Shown here: positions 1-8,464 of the stretch, piece after piece
Position numbering within the stretch: position 1 is the first letter of the stretch
How the letters are laid out: the number at the start of each line of letters is the position of its first letter
Assembly (NCBI GenBank): GCA_025276375.1
Contig: GCA_025276375.1_3645.2
Direction: 5' to 3' (one strand)
Length of the DNA stretch: 27,989 bases
DNA from: a phage
Program-made: the position numbers and the translations under genes
The notes under the pieces: model-generated
Told to the model about the DNA's origin: nothing
Seen by the model: the letters and a program-made list of their open reading frames with translations, nothing else
Database searches by the model: none

Positions 1-517
1 AAATATCTCTGATATGAAACCTACCCTTTGGGGATTGAGTTATTATCTTCATAGTATCCCCTGCGGCAATAGGTTTTCTAAGTCTTGGAGATATGCTTAT
101 AACAGCAGACCCAACACCATCGCTACGTACTGGAGCTGTTACCACTTTCAACTCATCATTGACAGATATTTTATCCCCAGCTCTAGCTATGTCTCTGTTT
201 GGCTCCCACCCAACCGTCTTCAAAAAATCGTCGTTACCAGTAGGCCCAAGGGCGATTGGCTCATTAGCTGTAACTGAGTGACCGTAAGTTTTAATGAGAA
301 AGATGTTCCCATCTTTATACACCTGATCAACAAAGCTCTTAAGCTCTAGCAACTGTGATTCGCTGATATTGGAAACCGTCAAAGTGCCTTTCCAGTTAGG
401 TGTGGCATAGGTTACTTTTTGCGTTTTACCTGTAAACGGACTTTTAAACGTAACAATATCTGCCAGCAGCTCCAATCTAATATCTGGAAGGTATCTAGGC
501 CTTTCCCATAAAAACAT
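1..517 (-). CDS. hypothetical protein, N-terminal part (gene runs off the window start)
   Basis: ATG at 517-515 preceded by GGAGG (plus 522-526 cctcc). Hand translation is open to position 1 with no stop (MFLWERPRYLPDIRLELLADIVTFKSPFTGKT...). Absent from the ORF track because no stop lies in the window. Sits downstream of the terminator that follows the large fibre gene. Confidence 0.5.
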   Translation of the reverse strand, partial: MFLWERPRYLPDIRLELLADIVTFKSPFTGKTQKVTYATPNWKGTLTVSNISESQLLELKSFVDQVYKDGNIFLIKTYGHSVTANEPIALGPTGNDDFLKTVGWEPNRDIARAGDKISVNDELKVVTAPVRSDGVGSAVISISPRLRKPIAAGDTMKIITQSPKGRFHIRDI

Positions 518-548
518 TGTGCCTCCAGGTTAAACAATCATGATAGTT

Positions 549-577
549 ATTTTACCAGATTTTAAGTTAATACGCAA
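549..577 (-). promoter_or_regulatory. possible sigma70-like promoter (TTGCGT-N17-TAAAAT) for the gene starting at 517
   Basis: Minus-strand TTGCGT (577-572) and TAAAAT (554-549) with 17-nt spacer. The -35 is a weak match and overlaps the U-tract of the upstream terminator. Confidence 0.25.
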
Positions 578-608
578 TACAAACAAAAAGCCCCCGCCGA
601 AGCGAGGG
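575..608 (-). terminator. intrinsic terminator after the large fibre gene
   Basis: Minus-strand RNA GCCCUCGC-UUCG-GCGGGGGC (8-bp stem with one G.U pair, UUCG loop) followed by UUUUUGUUUGUAUU, directly after the stop at 617-619. Confidence 0.6.
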
Positions 609-616
609 CAAAACAG

Positions 617-3600
617 TTACTTCAGTTTCTCTTGCAATCCAGTAACAACCTCTGTCAATTTTTTAACCTGCTCCTCAAGGGCGGTTATTTTATCGTCCTG
701 TTCCCTGCAAACCTGGACAAGCAAGCCTGTTACAGCTGCGTAGTCAACGTTATAGAACCTTTCCTCGGTCATCAGAGGAATACCGTCTTGAGTAGGACCT
801 TCTATTTCCTTCCTTTTCACGAAAGATCCTACTGCCTCTGGCAATGCTTCCATAACCTCTTGAGCAATCACGCCTGCATAAGGCATACCATTCTCTTTCA
901 AGGTGTAGGTATAGCCTTTCATCTTTCTAATTGCTTCCAGAGCGTTAGGTATGACCTCTATATTATCCTTCAGGTCTCTATCGGAACTTTGGCTAACAGT
1001 GGTACATACTACCGTGCCGTTGACAGCAAAATATCTTGATTTAGCCTCATCTGCCTTAGCTCCGCAGTGGAATACCCAGCTGCCGGCTGTTGAGTTATCA
1101 CTTATCTGAAACTCAAGCACATTCTTCCTATCAGCGCCATTACCCCAATAGTACAACCTGCCTGTATTAGAAGGCATGTTCGAAGTGTTGGTAACATCAG
1201 CACCACCACCTGTATGTATTGTGAACTCAGGTTCAAGATTGGACCCTTGAGTTTTTAAAGTGATACCCTTACCGCCAAGCTGCTGCCAATGGCCCCATGT
1301 GAAAACACCACCTATCGTTGTTCCATAACGCAGGAATTTTTCTCCAAGATATGTTGTATATTCCTGTACGCAACTCTCTGGAACGTTGGCATAGTTTCTA
1401 TAGACAAGGAGAGTACCTGCCTGAGAGCATGGGTAGTTTCTATCAAGTGCGGCTTGAGCATTGGCCTCCTGATGATAAAAACCCTCTCTATCTCCTTTGT
1501 AGTCGTTAAGGTCATTAGTTCCCAACCCTTGACCACGGTGCTGAATAACTTTGTTCCACGCTCTGTGGTTTCCCTGCTCTATGGAACGAGTGTACAACTG
1601 GTCTAAACGACCTGCCATCTGGAAAGCGTAGTTTCCAGAAAATGCCACAGACAACCCGCCAACAACCATTGAACCTTCAGGTCCGTTGACGTTGCCAGCC
1701 AGTATTTTGGATGGGTTGTTAGGCCCAAACTGGTTGTTCCAGTCTGCACCAGTGTGGCATACAAAACCACCAGGGGCTGAAAAAGTACCATCCTTATTGA
1801 AGTTGTAGAATCTATGAGCTGTGCCTACAATATCACGAACAATAACTTGACCAGCCTCTGGGGTGGATCTGAACTCTGCCTGTCCTTGCAGTCTTGCCCC
1901 ATTGCCGCATTTAGAGGTAAAGGTATTGTTGATCAGATCCTCTGTTCCTTCCGATGCAGCCTGGAACCCTGCGTTAGAGAACAATGCTTTTCGAGTGGTT
2001 TGGCTACCCGGACAAATGTAGTTAAGACCGTTGTACCACATCTCTACAGGAGGCATCTCTGTCTTACTCATCAGAACCATTCTATCAGGCGTGCCTATAT
2101 AGTGCCAGCCTGCACCACCACCCGTATAGAACCCTGATGTTCCCTTGAACTCAGCAAGAGGCCTGGTGTTTGTTACATCATCACCTTTAATTGCAAGACT
2201 TAAATTATCTGACGCAAGAGGGGCGCAAAACTTGACACCATCTTGGTTGTTAGTTACATTTCCTACCTGCCAGTCATTTTCTCTGGTAAATACCTCAAGA
2301 ACGTTTCTGCTTGCGTAGACACTGACAGGGAAAGCACGCGCCTCAACATAGAATGCAACATACTCCTGCTTCCCTCTAGTTGGAGCTATACACCCAAGAA
2401 TTGCTTTCTCGTTTTGGTAGAAATTAATAACCCCTTGGAAAGAATCCCCTCTGTCTGTCCAACCACCAGTTCTATAGTGACACTGTAAGGTCGCACAGTT
2501 CATAGGGTCACCACCAGATGACGACCTAGTAACTATGGTAATATCGGTGCCAATAGTTGGAGCACAATACGGATCTGTTCTAACGATGATTGGGTAGTAT
2601 TTCCCATCTTCCATCCCTGCAGTTCTTGGCAGTGTTAAGAAATCTTTGACACCAGCAGCTATAGGAACTTTGAACAGATTCTGAGCATCTGCCAGGGTTG
2701 TAGCCCCTGTACCACCTGCGGCTTGCGGTAAAGGTTCCCACTTGGCCTTCCGGTTGTTATAAACACCCCATTCCAAAGTGCCGTTACCGGATTCGTCCAT
2801 TCCACCATCCCAGACAACCATCTTGGCGGCTTTCTTGGATCCCCAGAAGCCTCTTTCTGCTCCTGAACTACGAATCCATTCTCCAAGTCCCCAGTTTGTC
2901 AACTGACCAGTAAGATCCCCAACCTGCATATATTTAGGGCAGTCTAATACGCCGTCTTCGCGGAAACCTAAATATCTATGGGTTTCAGATCCTTTTGCAC
3001 CTTTATGGAGGTGGATTGTCAACCAAGCCTTATTGTCGTTTCTTACCTCAGAATAGATCCTATACCCATGCTCAAGAACACCATCAGTATTATATTTATC
3101 TCCATGGAGAATACCTGAGGCCGACTTAACATCTCCAGAGTATTGAGCTAAGTAAAGGTGCCCGAAGGCTGGCGAGTTGTTTTTACCAAGGCCGATATGA
3201 GATCTGAAGGTATCATCGTTACGAGGTCTGACCATCGGCTGCCATGCAGTCCACTGATTTGTGTTGGCCTGATAGGTTCTCAAATACCAAACATCTACGT
3301 TAGAGAATGGATAGTATTCCTGACGACAACCTGTACCGCCGTTAGCGTTGTTCTGCCAAACAATCAAGTGACCAGCACCAGAACCTGCAGGGTAACCATT
3401 TGCCTCAGTTGCATAAGCAGTCATTGGCTGGTAGTATACACCATCCTGATTACCAGTCAAGTTATTGATATTGAAATTTGGCTCAAGGGCTGCACGTTGC
3501 TTATAGAAAGCACCGATATTGATACGGATTCCAGCGGCATCTCTAGCCCCTGTGCCGCCCTGCTCTATAGCAAGAGGCTGCCAAGAAGCTGTTTGTTGGT

Positions 3601-4423
3601 TCCACATACCCCAACGGCCTGTTGCATCAAGCTGCAAGTACCCTGCTGTGTTTAAATCATCTCCAGCACGAATAACTGTTCTTGTTGGGTTGTTTGCCTC
3701 TAGGCGTTTAAATTCATCACGAAGTGCTATTCTTTTTGTTGTTGCTACACCGTTGGTTACTGCAATGGTATACATTGCTCCGGAGGTAGCACCACGGAAA
3801 ATACCATCAACAGTTGTAGTATCACGACGAGATACCACACCGTTCAGAAATTTTTCACCAGCTGCTACAGAAGGGTAGTTGGTAGTTCTTCCCTCTTCAA
3901 TAACTGCAGGGCCAACAAAGTTATCAAGGTGAATAACATCGCCTACAGTGTGCACTGTACCAAAATCTACACGCTGTGCAAGTGCTTTGGCATCGTTAGC
4001 TGTCTGAACAGTAACATCCATTACATCCTGGACAGACTGCCCTTCGGCTGTCATGATCATGGATGCGCCAATGGTAGATTCCAGCTCCTCCCTTAAGGAC
4101 GGGTCAGTATATACCATCCATGCAGCGTCAGTAATCCCGCCATCGGAGTACGGTGAAGATAGTGCAGGAACAGTGTGCGGAAATTCGCCTTTCCAACGCA
4201 GGTAGAGGTCTTCCTCTTCGAAGTAGGCAAAATCCATTGGGCCGTTTAACTTACCACCTTCCTTAAAGGAGATTACATGAGAAACAGTCCCATCAACATG
4301 GACAACATCGCCAATTTTTACACGACGGGTCAGGTCTGGTTGTTGAACAACCAGGTAATCATCCTCTGTCACTGCGGTAGTGGCAGGAAGAGATTCAATT
4401 CTGACAACTTTAATATCAGCCAT
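617..4423 (-). CDS. tail fibre / tailspike protein (1268 aa) with N-terminal virion-attachment domain and C-terminal S74-type intramolecular chaperone domain
   Basis: N-terminal ~105 aa share motifs with the 222-aa protein at 7058-7726 (LVVQQPDLTRRVKIGDVV vs LVVNQTDGTRKAKIDDVV; FKEGGKL...DFAY vs FTEGGYL...DFAY). C-terminal ~120 aa (SDRDLKDNIEVIPNALEAIRKMKGYTYTLKENG...) match the autoproteolytic chaperone domain of endosialidase and T5 L-shaped fibre type proteins. SD GGAGA upstream of the ATG at 4423. Confidence 0.8.
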   Translation of the reverse strand: MADIKVVRIESLPATTAVTEDDYLVVQQPDLTRRVKIGDVVHVDGTVSHVISFKEGGKLNGPMDFAYFEEEDLYLRWKGEFPHTVPALSSPYSDGGITDAAWMVYTDPSLREELESTIGASMIMTAEGQSVQDVMDVTVQTANDAKALAQRVDFGTVHTVGDVIHLDNFVGPAVIEEGRTTNYPSVAAGEKFLNGVVSRRDTTTVDGIFRGATSGAMYTIAVTNGVATTKRIALRDEFKRLEANNPTRTVIRAGDDLNTAGYLQLDATGRWGMWNQQTASWQPLAIEQGGTGARDAAGIRINIGAFYKQRAALEPNFNINNLTGNQDGVYYQPMTAYATEANGYPAGSGAGHLIVWQNNANGGTGCRQEYYPFSNVDVWYLRTYQANTNQWTAWQPMVRPRNDDTFRSHIGLGKNNSPAFGHLYLAQYSGDVKSASGILHGDKYNTDGVLEHGYRIYSEVRNDNKAWLTIHLHKGAKGSETHRYLGFREDGVLDCPKYMQVGDLTGQLTNWGLGEWIRSSGAERGFWGSKKAAKMVVWDGGMDESGNGTLEWGVYNNRKAKWEPLPQAAGGTGATTLADAQNLFKVPIAAGVKDFLTLPRTAGMEDGKYYPIIVRTDPYCAPTIGTDITIVTRSSSGGDPMNCATLQCHYRTGGWTDRGDSFQGVINFYQNEKAILGCIAPTRGKQEYVAFYVEARAFPVSVYASRNVLEVFTRENDWQVGNVTNNQDGVKFCAPLASDNLSLAIKGDDVTNTRPLAEFKGTSGFYTGGGAGWHYIGTPDRMVLMSKTEMPPVEMWYNGLNYICPGSQTTRKALFSNAGFQAASEGTEDLINNTFTSKCGNGARLQGQAEFRSTPEAGQVIVRDIVGTAHRFYNFNKDGTFSAPGGFVCHTGADWNNQFGPNNPSKILAGNVNGPEGSMVVGGLSVAFSGNYAFQMAGRLDQLYTRSIEQGNHRAWNKVIQHRGQGLGTNDLNDYKGDREGFYHQEANAQAALDRNYPCSQAGTLLVYRNYANVPESCVQEYTTYLGEKFLRYGTTIGGVFTWGHWQQLGGKGITLKTQGSNLEPEFTIHTGGGADVTNTSNMPSNTGRLYYWGNGADRKNVLEFQISDNSTAGSWVFHCGAKADEAKSRYFAVNGTVVCTTVSQSSDRDLKDNIEVIPNALEAIRKMKGYTYTLKENGMPYAGVIAQEVMEALPEAVGSFVKRKEIEGPTQDGIPLMTEERFYNVDYAAVTGLLVQVCREQDDKITALEEQVKKLTEVVTGLQEKLK
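620..985 (-). other. C-terminal intramolecular chaperone (peptidase S74-like) domain of the fibre, predicted to be self-cleaved near the Ser of SDRDLKDNIE
   Basis: Last 122 residues of the 1268-aa protein begin with the conserved S-D-x-x-L-K-x-N-I-E motif, followed by a hydrophobic/coiled-coil tail. Confidence 0.6.
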
Positions 4424-4437
4424 TCTTTCTCCTGAAA

Positions 4438-4454
4438 GGGGGCAAACAGCCCCC
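4438..4454 (-). other. perfect GC hairpin between the two fibre genes (attenuator or RNA-processing site; weak terminator)
   Basis: Minus-strand GGGGGC-UGUUU-GCCCCC followed by only UUUC, then the SD and start of the 1268-aa gene. Confidence 0.3.
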
Positions 4455-4458
4455 TATG

Positions 4459-7056
4459 TTAAAGGTACAATCCACGGTATTGAGCATAAAGGCCCAGACC
4501 GCGAAGGATTTCGCCAGAGTGATAGCCAACCGGATCAGAAACTGCCCAGCAGCCGTTTAAAATATTATCCCCATTAATGAAGTGGTGCTTTTGCAGTAGC
4601 TTCACACAGGCTTCCACAACAATATCTATTTGAGGTATTGTCTCTGAATACCCGCACAGACCTAGCCAGCAGCAACCTGCAAGCCATTCACCTACCACCC
4701 ACATCCTGTCTCCTCTGTCTTGATAAGAATATCCCCCAGAGGTGTTAAAGTCTGTGGGCAGATTTCCTGAATGAGATGACTGGAATCTGTTGAGGAACCA
4801 TGCCCATTTCTGGCAGAACAGGAATAGTCTTTCATCAACAGGTTCTTTATGTTTCTTGAGCTCATATATTGTGCGGCACGCAGCAACAAAAGATCTTGAC
4901 TGGAGTTTAGAGTTATCTACCATCTCCCACCAACCAGTCAGCCCTTCATTACCTCTCTGCCATACATAACGCGAGGCAACTGGACCCTCTGTCTTAAATG
5001 TATTATTATACCAGACTTGAGCGTCATACAGAAAGCCTATTGTATTTGACAATCTATGGCGATCTATGTTTTCTGCACCCATGCAGTAGACTGCTGGATA
5101 TTGCATGCCAGGGTAGGGCCAATTTGGCTTTTCCTCTAAGAGATAGTTTTCCTTATCTATCACCTTTCCGGCAGGGAACACACCAGGAGTGTGCCTGTAT
5201 GCACCTTGCTTGTAGTTTCTGACATAGCAATCACCAACCTTAGCGGTTGATTCTGTCTTGCTTGCCATCCATACGCTAAACCAGATTAGATAAGCATCCC
5301 TATCCGCGATATAAAATTGCGGCAGTGTGTTGACGCAATACAGATCAAACAATCCATTACCTATCTGCCTGTCGCTTAGGCTGAAATCTACAGAGGTGAG
5401 CCCCTTAGGATTAGCAAAGAAAGGTTTAATCTCTTCTTCGGTGTGATGAGGTTGTGTTGGATCTAGTTTGAAATCTCCTAGAGTAAGAGTTTCTGTTATC
5501 CATTGTCCATTAGTGGCATATAGATCAGCATACCATAACCACTTGTCTTTGTCAAGAAATTTGACCCTTACCATCTCATCATCTGATCGATAAGTTACTG
5601 AGTTTAAAGAAATCTCTCTTCCAAAATTGAAAGTTACTTTGCCTCTTGCTATATTACAACGGGTGAAGTTGTCAGAGTGGTTGTAAATGTCGGTATCGTA
5701 CTGCATACTAACACTGGCACCACCGCTCACGGCAATGTTTTCCTCTCTAGGTAAGAGGTACGGATTACCGTCTTTACCAACTACCTCTACGAAATCAGTA
5801 ACCTTGGCAACTATTCCTGTTACCTCTGCACCTCCAAAAGGGACACCTATCCTGTACTGTTTTTTGTTATTGTTGCCATCATTAAGGATGAAATGTGGCT
5901 GGAACAGAACCCCCTCCCCTCCGAAATTCATAACAATTTCAGCATCTCTGCCTATTTTGTATGTAGTCCCTTTTTGAATTATTTCGCAAGGCTGGCGTGC
6001 GTTCATTCTAAAATTGATATACCCGTCACTATCCCTGCTCATGACAGGAACTGTTCCTGCAACAAGACAAGCACCATCTGTAAATGGTGCCTTAATCAAT
6101 GTGGTCTTTCTAAACAGTTTGTCGTAGGCGTTTATATCACTGAAATTAAGCAACTTGTTGTAAGACTGTTTAAACGCGGTGTAGTACTTTTCCTCACCTG
6201 TCAAGGTGTAGAGTTGATAACAAGCGTCACACCACATTTCTTCCCCGTCCAACTCTGGGGCTTGATTGTCTGCAATCACGTTTATAGGATTCACAATTAC
6301 AGGGGATCCAGCAGGGATCACCGAGCCACCCTGCTCTTGAGGTAATCTTACACAATAGGTCACCTTGTGGCTTCCTGTAACACCCTTATCTTGTAATTGG
6401 ATTGTGCCGAACTCTACAGACGTATGACCACTGTCGGCTATGCTACCGTTAGCCCAATAGCGGTTACCATCCCATGCTATATACCACTCAACCCACCAAC
6501 TTAATCCGGATGTTGTCCAATCTGGGTTAGCATCTGTGCCACCGTAAACATCGGAGTCTACCGTGTTTCTTCCTAACACACCGTTATACGCTTGGAATGC
6601 CTTGTCCAGGTATTCTCCCCATGTCGGAGATCCAGCTGGGATTTTTCCTCTACCATTGGTAAAAGACACCACCACATCTTTAAACCCACCATGTGATGGA
6701 ACCCCATCTGTAGATAGAGGGTAGTGGGACAATCTTTGCATTTTACTTTCTACTGCATATGCACCCAGAAGATGACTATTGTAAGCTTCCCAAGCATCTT
6801 TTGCCCTATCCAGATAGAAATCGCTTTTCGATGCCCTGTATGCTTCAATGTATCCCAGAATCAACACAGCTTGGGACTCATGCATTGCCCAATCATTATT
6901 TATCTTATTACCTGCCCACCCTGCAGCTATAAGACCATCAGGGTTTACTAGCTTATTTTGTGTAGGGGTGTTGGTAATACCTGTGTTGTTATCGAGGCAC
7001 TTCCTGTGCCCCTCAATCATCTGAAATACGTTATCAATGTTATGTTGAATACGCAT
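4459..7056 (-). CDS. second receptor-binding protein / putative enzymatic tailspike (865 aa) lacking the shared N-terminal attachment domain
   Basis: Large ORF immediately downstream of the 222-aa attachment-domain protein, with start ATG 7056-7054 one nt after that gene's stop (7060-7058). Trp-rich segments at both termini. No attachment motif. Function inferred from context and size. Confidence 0.55.
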   Translation of the reverse strand: MRIQHNIDNVFQMIEGHRKCLDNNTGITNTPTQNKLVNPDGLIAAGWAGNKINNDWAMHESQAVLILGYIEAYRASKSDFYLDRAKDAWEAYNSHLLGAYAVESKMQRLSHYPLSTDGVPSHGGFKDVVVSFTNGRGKIPAGSPTWGEYLDKAFQAYNGVLGRNTVDSDVYGGTDANPDWTTSGLSWWVEWYIAWDGNRYWANGSIADSGHTSVEFGTIQLQDKGVTGSHKVTYCVRLPQEQGGSVIPAGSPVIVNPINVIADNQAPELDGEEMWCDACYQLYTLTGEEKYYTAFKQSYNKLLNFSDINAYDKLFRKTTLIKAPFTDGACLVAGTVPVMSRDSDGYINFRMNARQPCEIIQKGTTYKIGRDAEIVMNFGGEGVLFQPHFILNDGNNNKKQYRIGVPFGGAEVTGIVAKVTDFVEVVGKDGNPYLLPREENIAVSGGASVSMQYDTDIYNHSDNFTRCNIARGKVTFNFGREISLNSVTYRSDDEMVRVKFLDKDKWLWYADLYATNGQWITETLTLGDFKLDPTQPHHTEEEIKPFFANPKGLTSVDFSLSDRQIGNGLFDLYCVNTLPQFYIADRDAYLIWFSVWMASKTESTAKVGDCYVRNYKQGAYRHTPGVFPAGKVIDKENYLLEEKPNWPYPGMQYPAVYCMGAENIDRHRLSNTIGFLYDAQVWYNNTFKTEGPVASRYVWQRGNEGLTGWWEMVDNSKLQSRSFVAACRTIYELKKHKEPVDERLFLFCQKWAWFLNRFQSSHSGNLPTDFNTSGGYSYQDRGDRMWVVGEWLAGCCWLGLCGYSETIPQIDIVVEACVKLLQKHHFINGDNILNGCWAVSDPVGYHSGEILRGLGLYAQYRGLYL

Positions 7057-7057
7057 C

Positions 7058-7726
7058 TTAGATAGCTCCTGCGATAATCAGTGCCCCGTACCAAGTTAAC
7101 CCGTTGTCGTAGGTTTCCAACTTGAAAATGTCTGTTGCACCAGCTGTAAATGTTAGGATAGGATCTCTTCCGTAGGACCATTTAACATTACCGGGCCAAT
7201 AGACTTTGTTGCCGCCAGAGGTCTGAGTAATGCATACGGTTATAGTTCTCGCCACCCCTTCAAGACCTTCTGTTTGATTTTCAAAAGAGATTGTGGTATT
7301 TGAAGTTAGTCGAACCTTAAAGGTATCCGCAACTTCAAGATCCATATCAAGCTGACCACCGATAGATCCGTAATCAACTATTCTGCCAGAAGAAGTTGCA
7401 GCAAGCTCACCAAAAACAGACCAGGCATTTGCAGACACACCCCCAGCACCCTCTACAGTAGAGTCTGGGAGGATTATTTTAGGATAATCCCCGTTCCACG
7501 TGTAGTAGCGCTTAGTTTCTGGATCATAAGCAAAGTCCTTCTTGCTCTTAAGATAACCACCCTCTGTGAAATAGACTATCTTAGTGATGCTAAGATCGTT
7601 GACAACATCGTCAATCTTAGCCTTTCTTGTCCCATCAGTCTGGTTGACAACCAAGAAGTCATCACTCAGGACTGTTTCTGCATCTTCAAGATCTGGAATT
7701 GGTATTGTAGGATAAGCTACAGCCAT
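7058..7726 (-). CDS. tail fibre attachment/adaptor protein (222 aa) sharing the N-terminal domain of the large fibre
   Basis: About 40% identity by eye over ~105 N-terminal residues with the 1268-aa protein. Short C-terminal region. Translationally coupled to the 865-aa gene. Confidence 0.55.
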   Translation of the reverse strand: MAVAYPTIPIPDLEDAETVLSDDFLVVNQTDGTRKAKIDDVVNDLSITKIVYFTEGGYLKSKKDFAYDPETKRYYTWNGDYPKIILPDSTVEGAGGVSANAWSVFGELAATSSGRIVDYGSIGGQLDMDLEVADTFKVRLTSNTTISFENQTEGLEGVARTITVCITQTSGGNKVYWPGNVKWSYGRDPILTFTAGATDIFKLETYDNGLTWYGALIIAGAI

Positions 7727-7735
7727 GATTTCTCC

Positions 7736-8452
7736 TTAGTTAACATCAATAGCACGACCAGACTGGTTGGCAATAGCCTCATCATTGGAGGTAGCAATAA
7801 CACCAGAGTATTCGCGCTCATCTGGAGCAAGCGTCCAGGTATTGCGGTTAATGGTTTGTTCTGCCTCAGTCATGAGCAGATCTTTATCCTGAGTCAACAG
7901 AGAGCCTACAGGGATCGGGTTTTCCATCTCAGGACCAGCATACTGGTTCCACCATGTGGCATCTCCGGTTCTAGGCAATCTGAAGTTGATCAGATAGTAC
8001 AGTTTATTAGCCCACTTAATCCAACCCTCATCATCACAGAGGGAGGTTGTCCCAGAATCAGGCTGTGGGTATGTGAACTGATCAAGACCTACAAAAGCCA
8101 GCCTTACAATCTCGTTCTCTTTGGTAACAACCTCAAAGAACGCTTGGTATGTTCTCGATCTTCGATCCATGGTAGATTGGAAGTTTATGATGTTTAGCAC
8201 ATCCGGCTCTTGTCTTGCCACTTCCATAATCTTGTTATCAAGAACAGTCTTCATGACCTTCTTGCTGAGAAAGTCCATATAAGGGAAGCCAAACAGCTCG
8301 TCAAAGTACCAGCTCCCCTTCCACGTATTAAACCTCATCCACAAGCGCTGGCGCAGACTCACCTGGTTTGAATCTATCAACTCAAGACCTTTGTCTATCG
8401 CCAAATCGCCTGTCTGCGGGTCCATCAATATATCACTATAAAGCGTAGCCAT
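7736..8452 (-). CDS. baseplate protein, possibly gp25/GpW-like wedge component (238 aa)
   Basis: Position between the spike and the fibre genes. N-terminal pattern LRQRLWMRFNTWKGSWYFDELFGFPYMDFL resembles the conserved baseplate wedge signature. Not verified. Confidence 0.35.
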   Translation of the reverse strand: MATLYSDILMDPQTGDLAIDKGLELIDSNQVSLRQRLWMRFNTWKGSWYFDELFGFPYMDFLSKKVMKTVLDNKIMEVARQEPDVLNIINFQSTMDRRSRTYQAFFEVVTKENEIVRLAFVGLDQFTYPQPDSGTTSLCDDEGWIKWANKLYYLINFRLPRTGDATWWNQYAGPEMENPIPVGSLLTQDKDLLMTEAEQTINRNTWTLAPDEREYSGVIATSNDEAIANQSGRAIDVN

Positions 8453-8464
8453 GAAAGCCCTCTA

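Noticed and set aside
632-1039. Plus-strand ORF (135 aa) overlapping the chaperone-domain coding region of the large fibre
   Set aside because: Entirely antisense to a well-supported minus-strand gene, with no SD and a low-complexity hydrophobic translation. Typical antisense artefact.
3158-3878. Two overlapping plus-strand ORFs (165 and 119 aa) inside the fibre gene
   Set aside because: Antisense to the 1268-aa CDS. Cys/Ser-rich translation typical of the reverse frame of a coding region.
5893-6345. Plus-strand ORF (150 aa) inside the 865-aa gene
   Set aside because: Antisense to a long, continuous minus-strand ORF with no independent signals.
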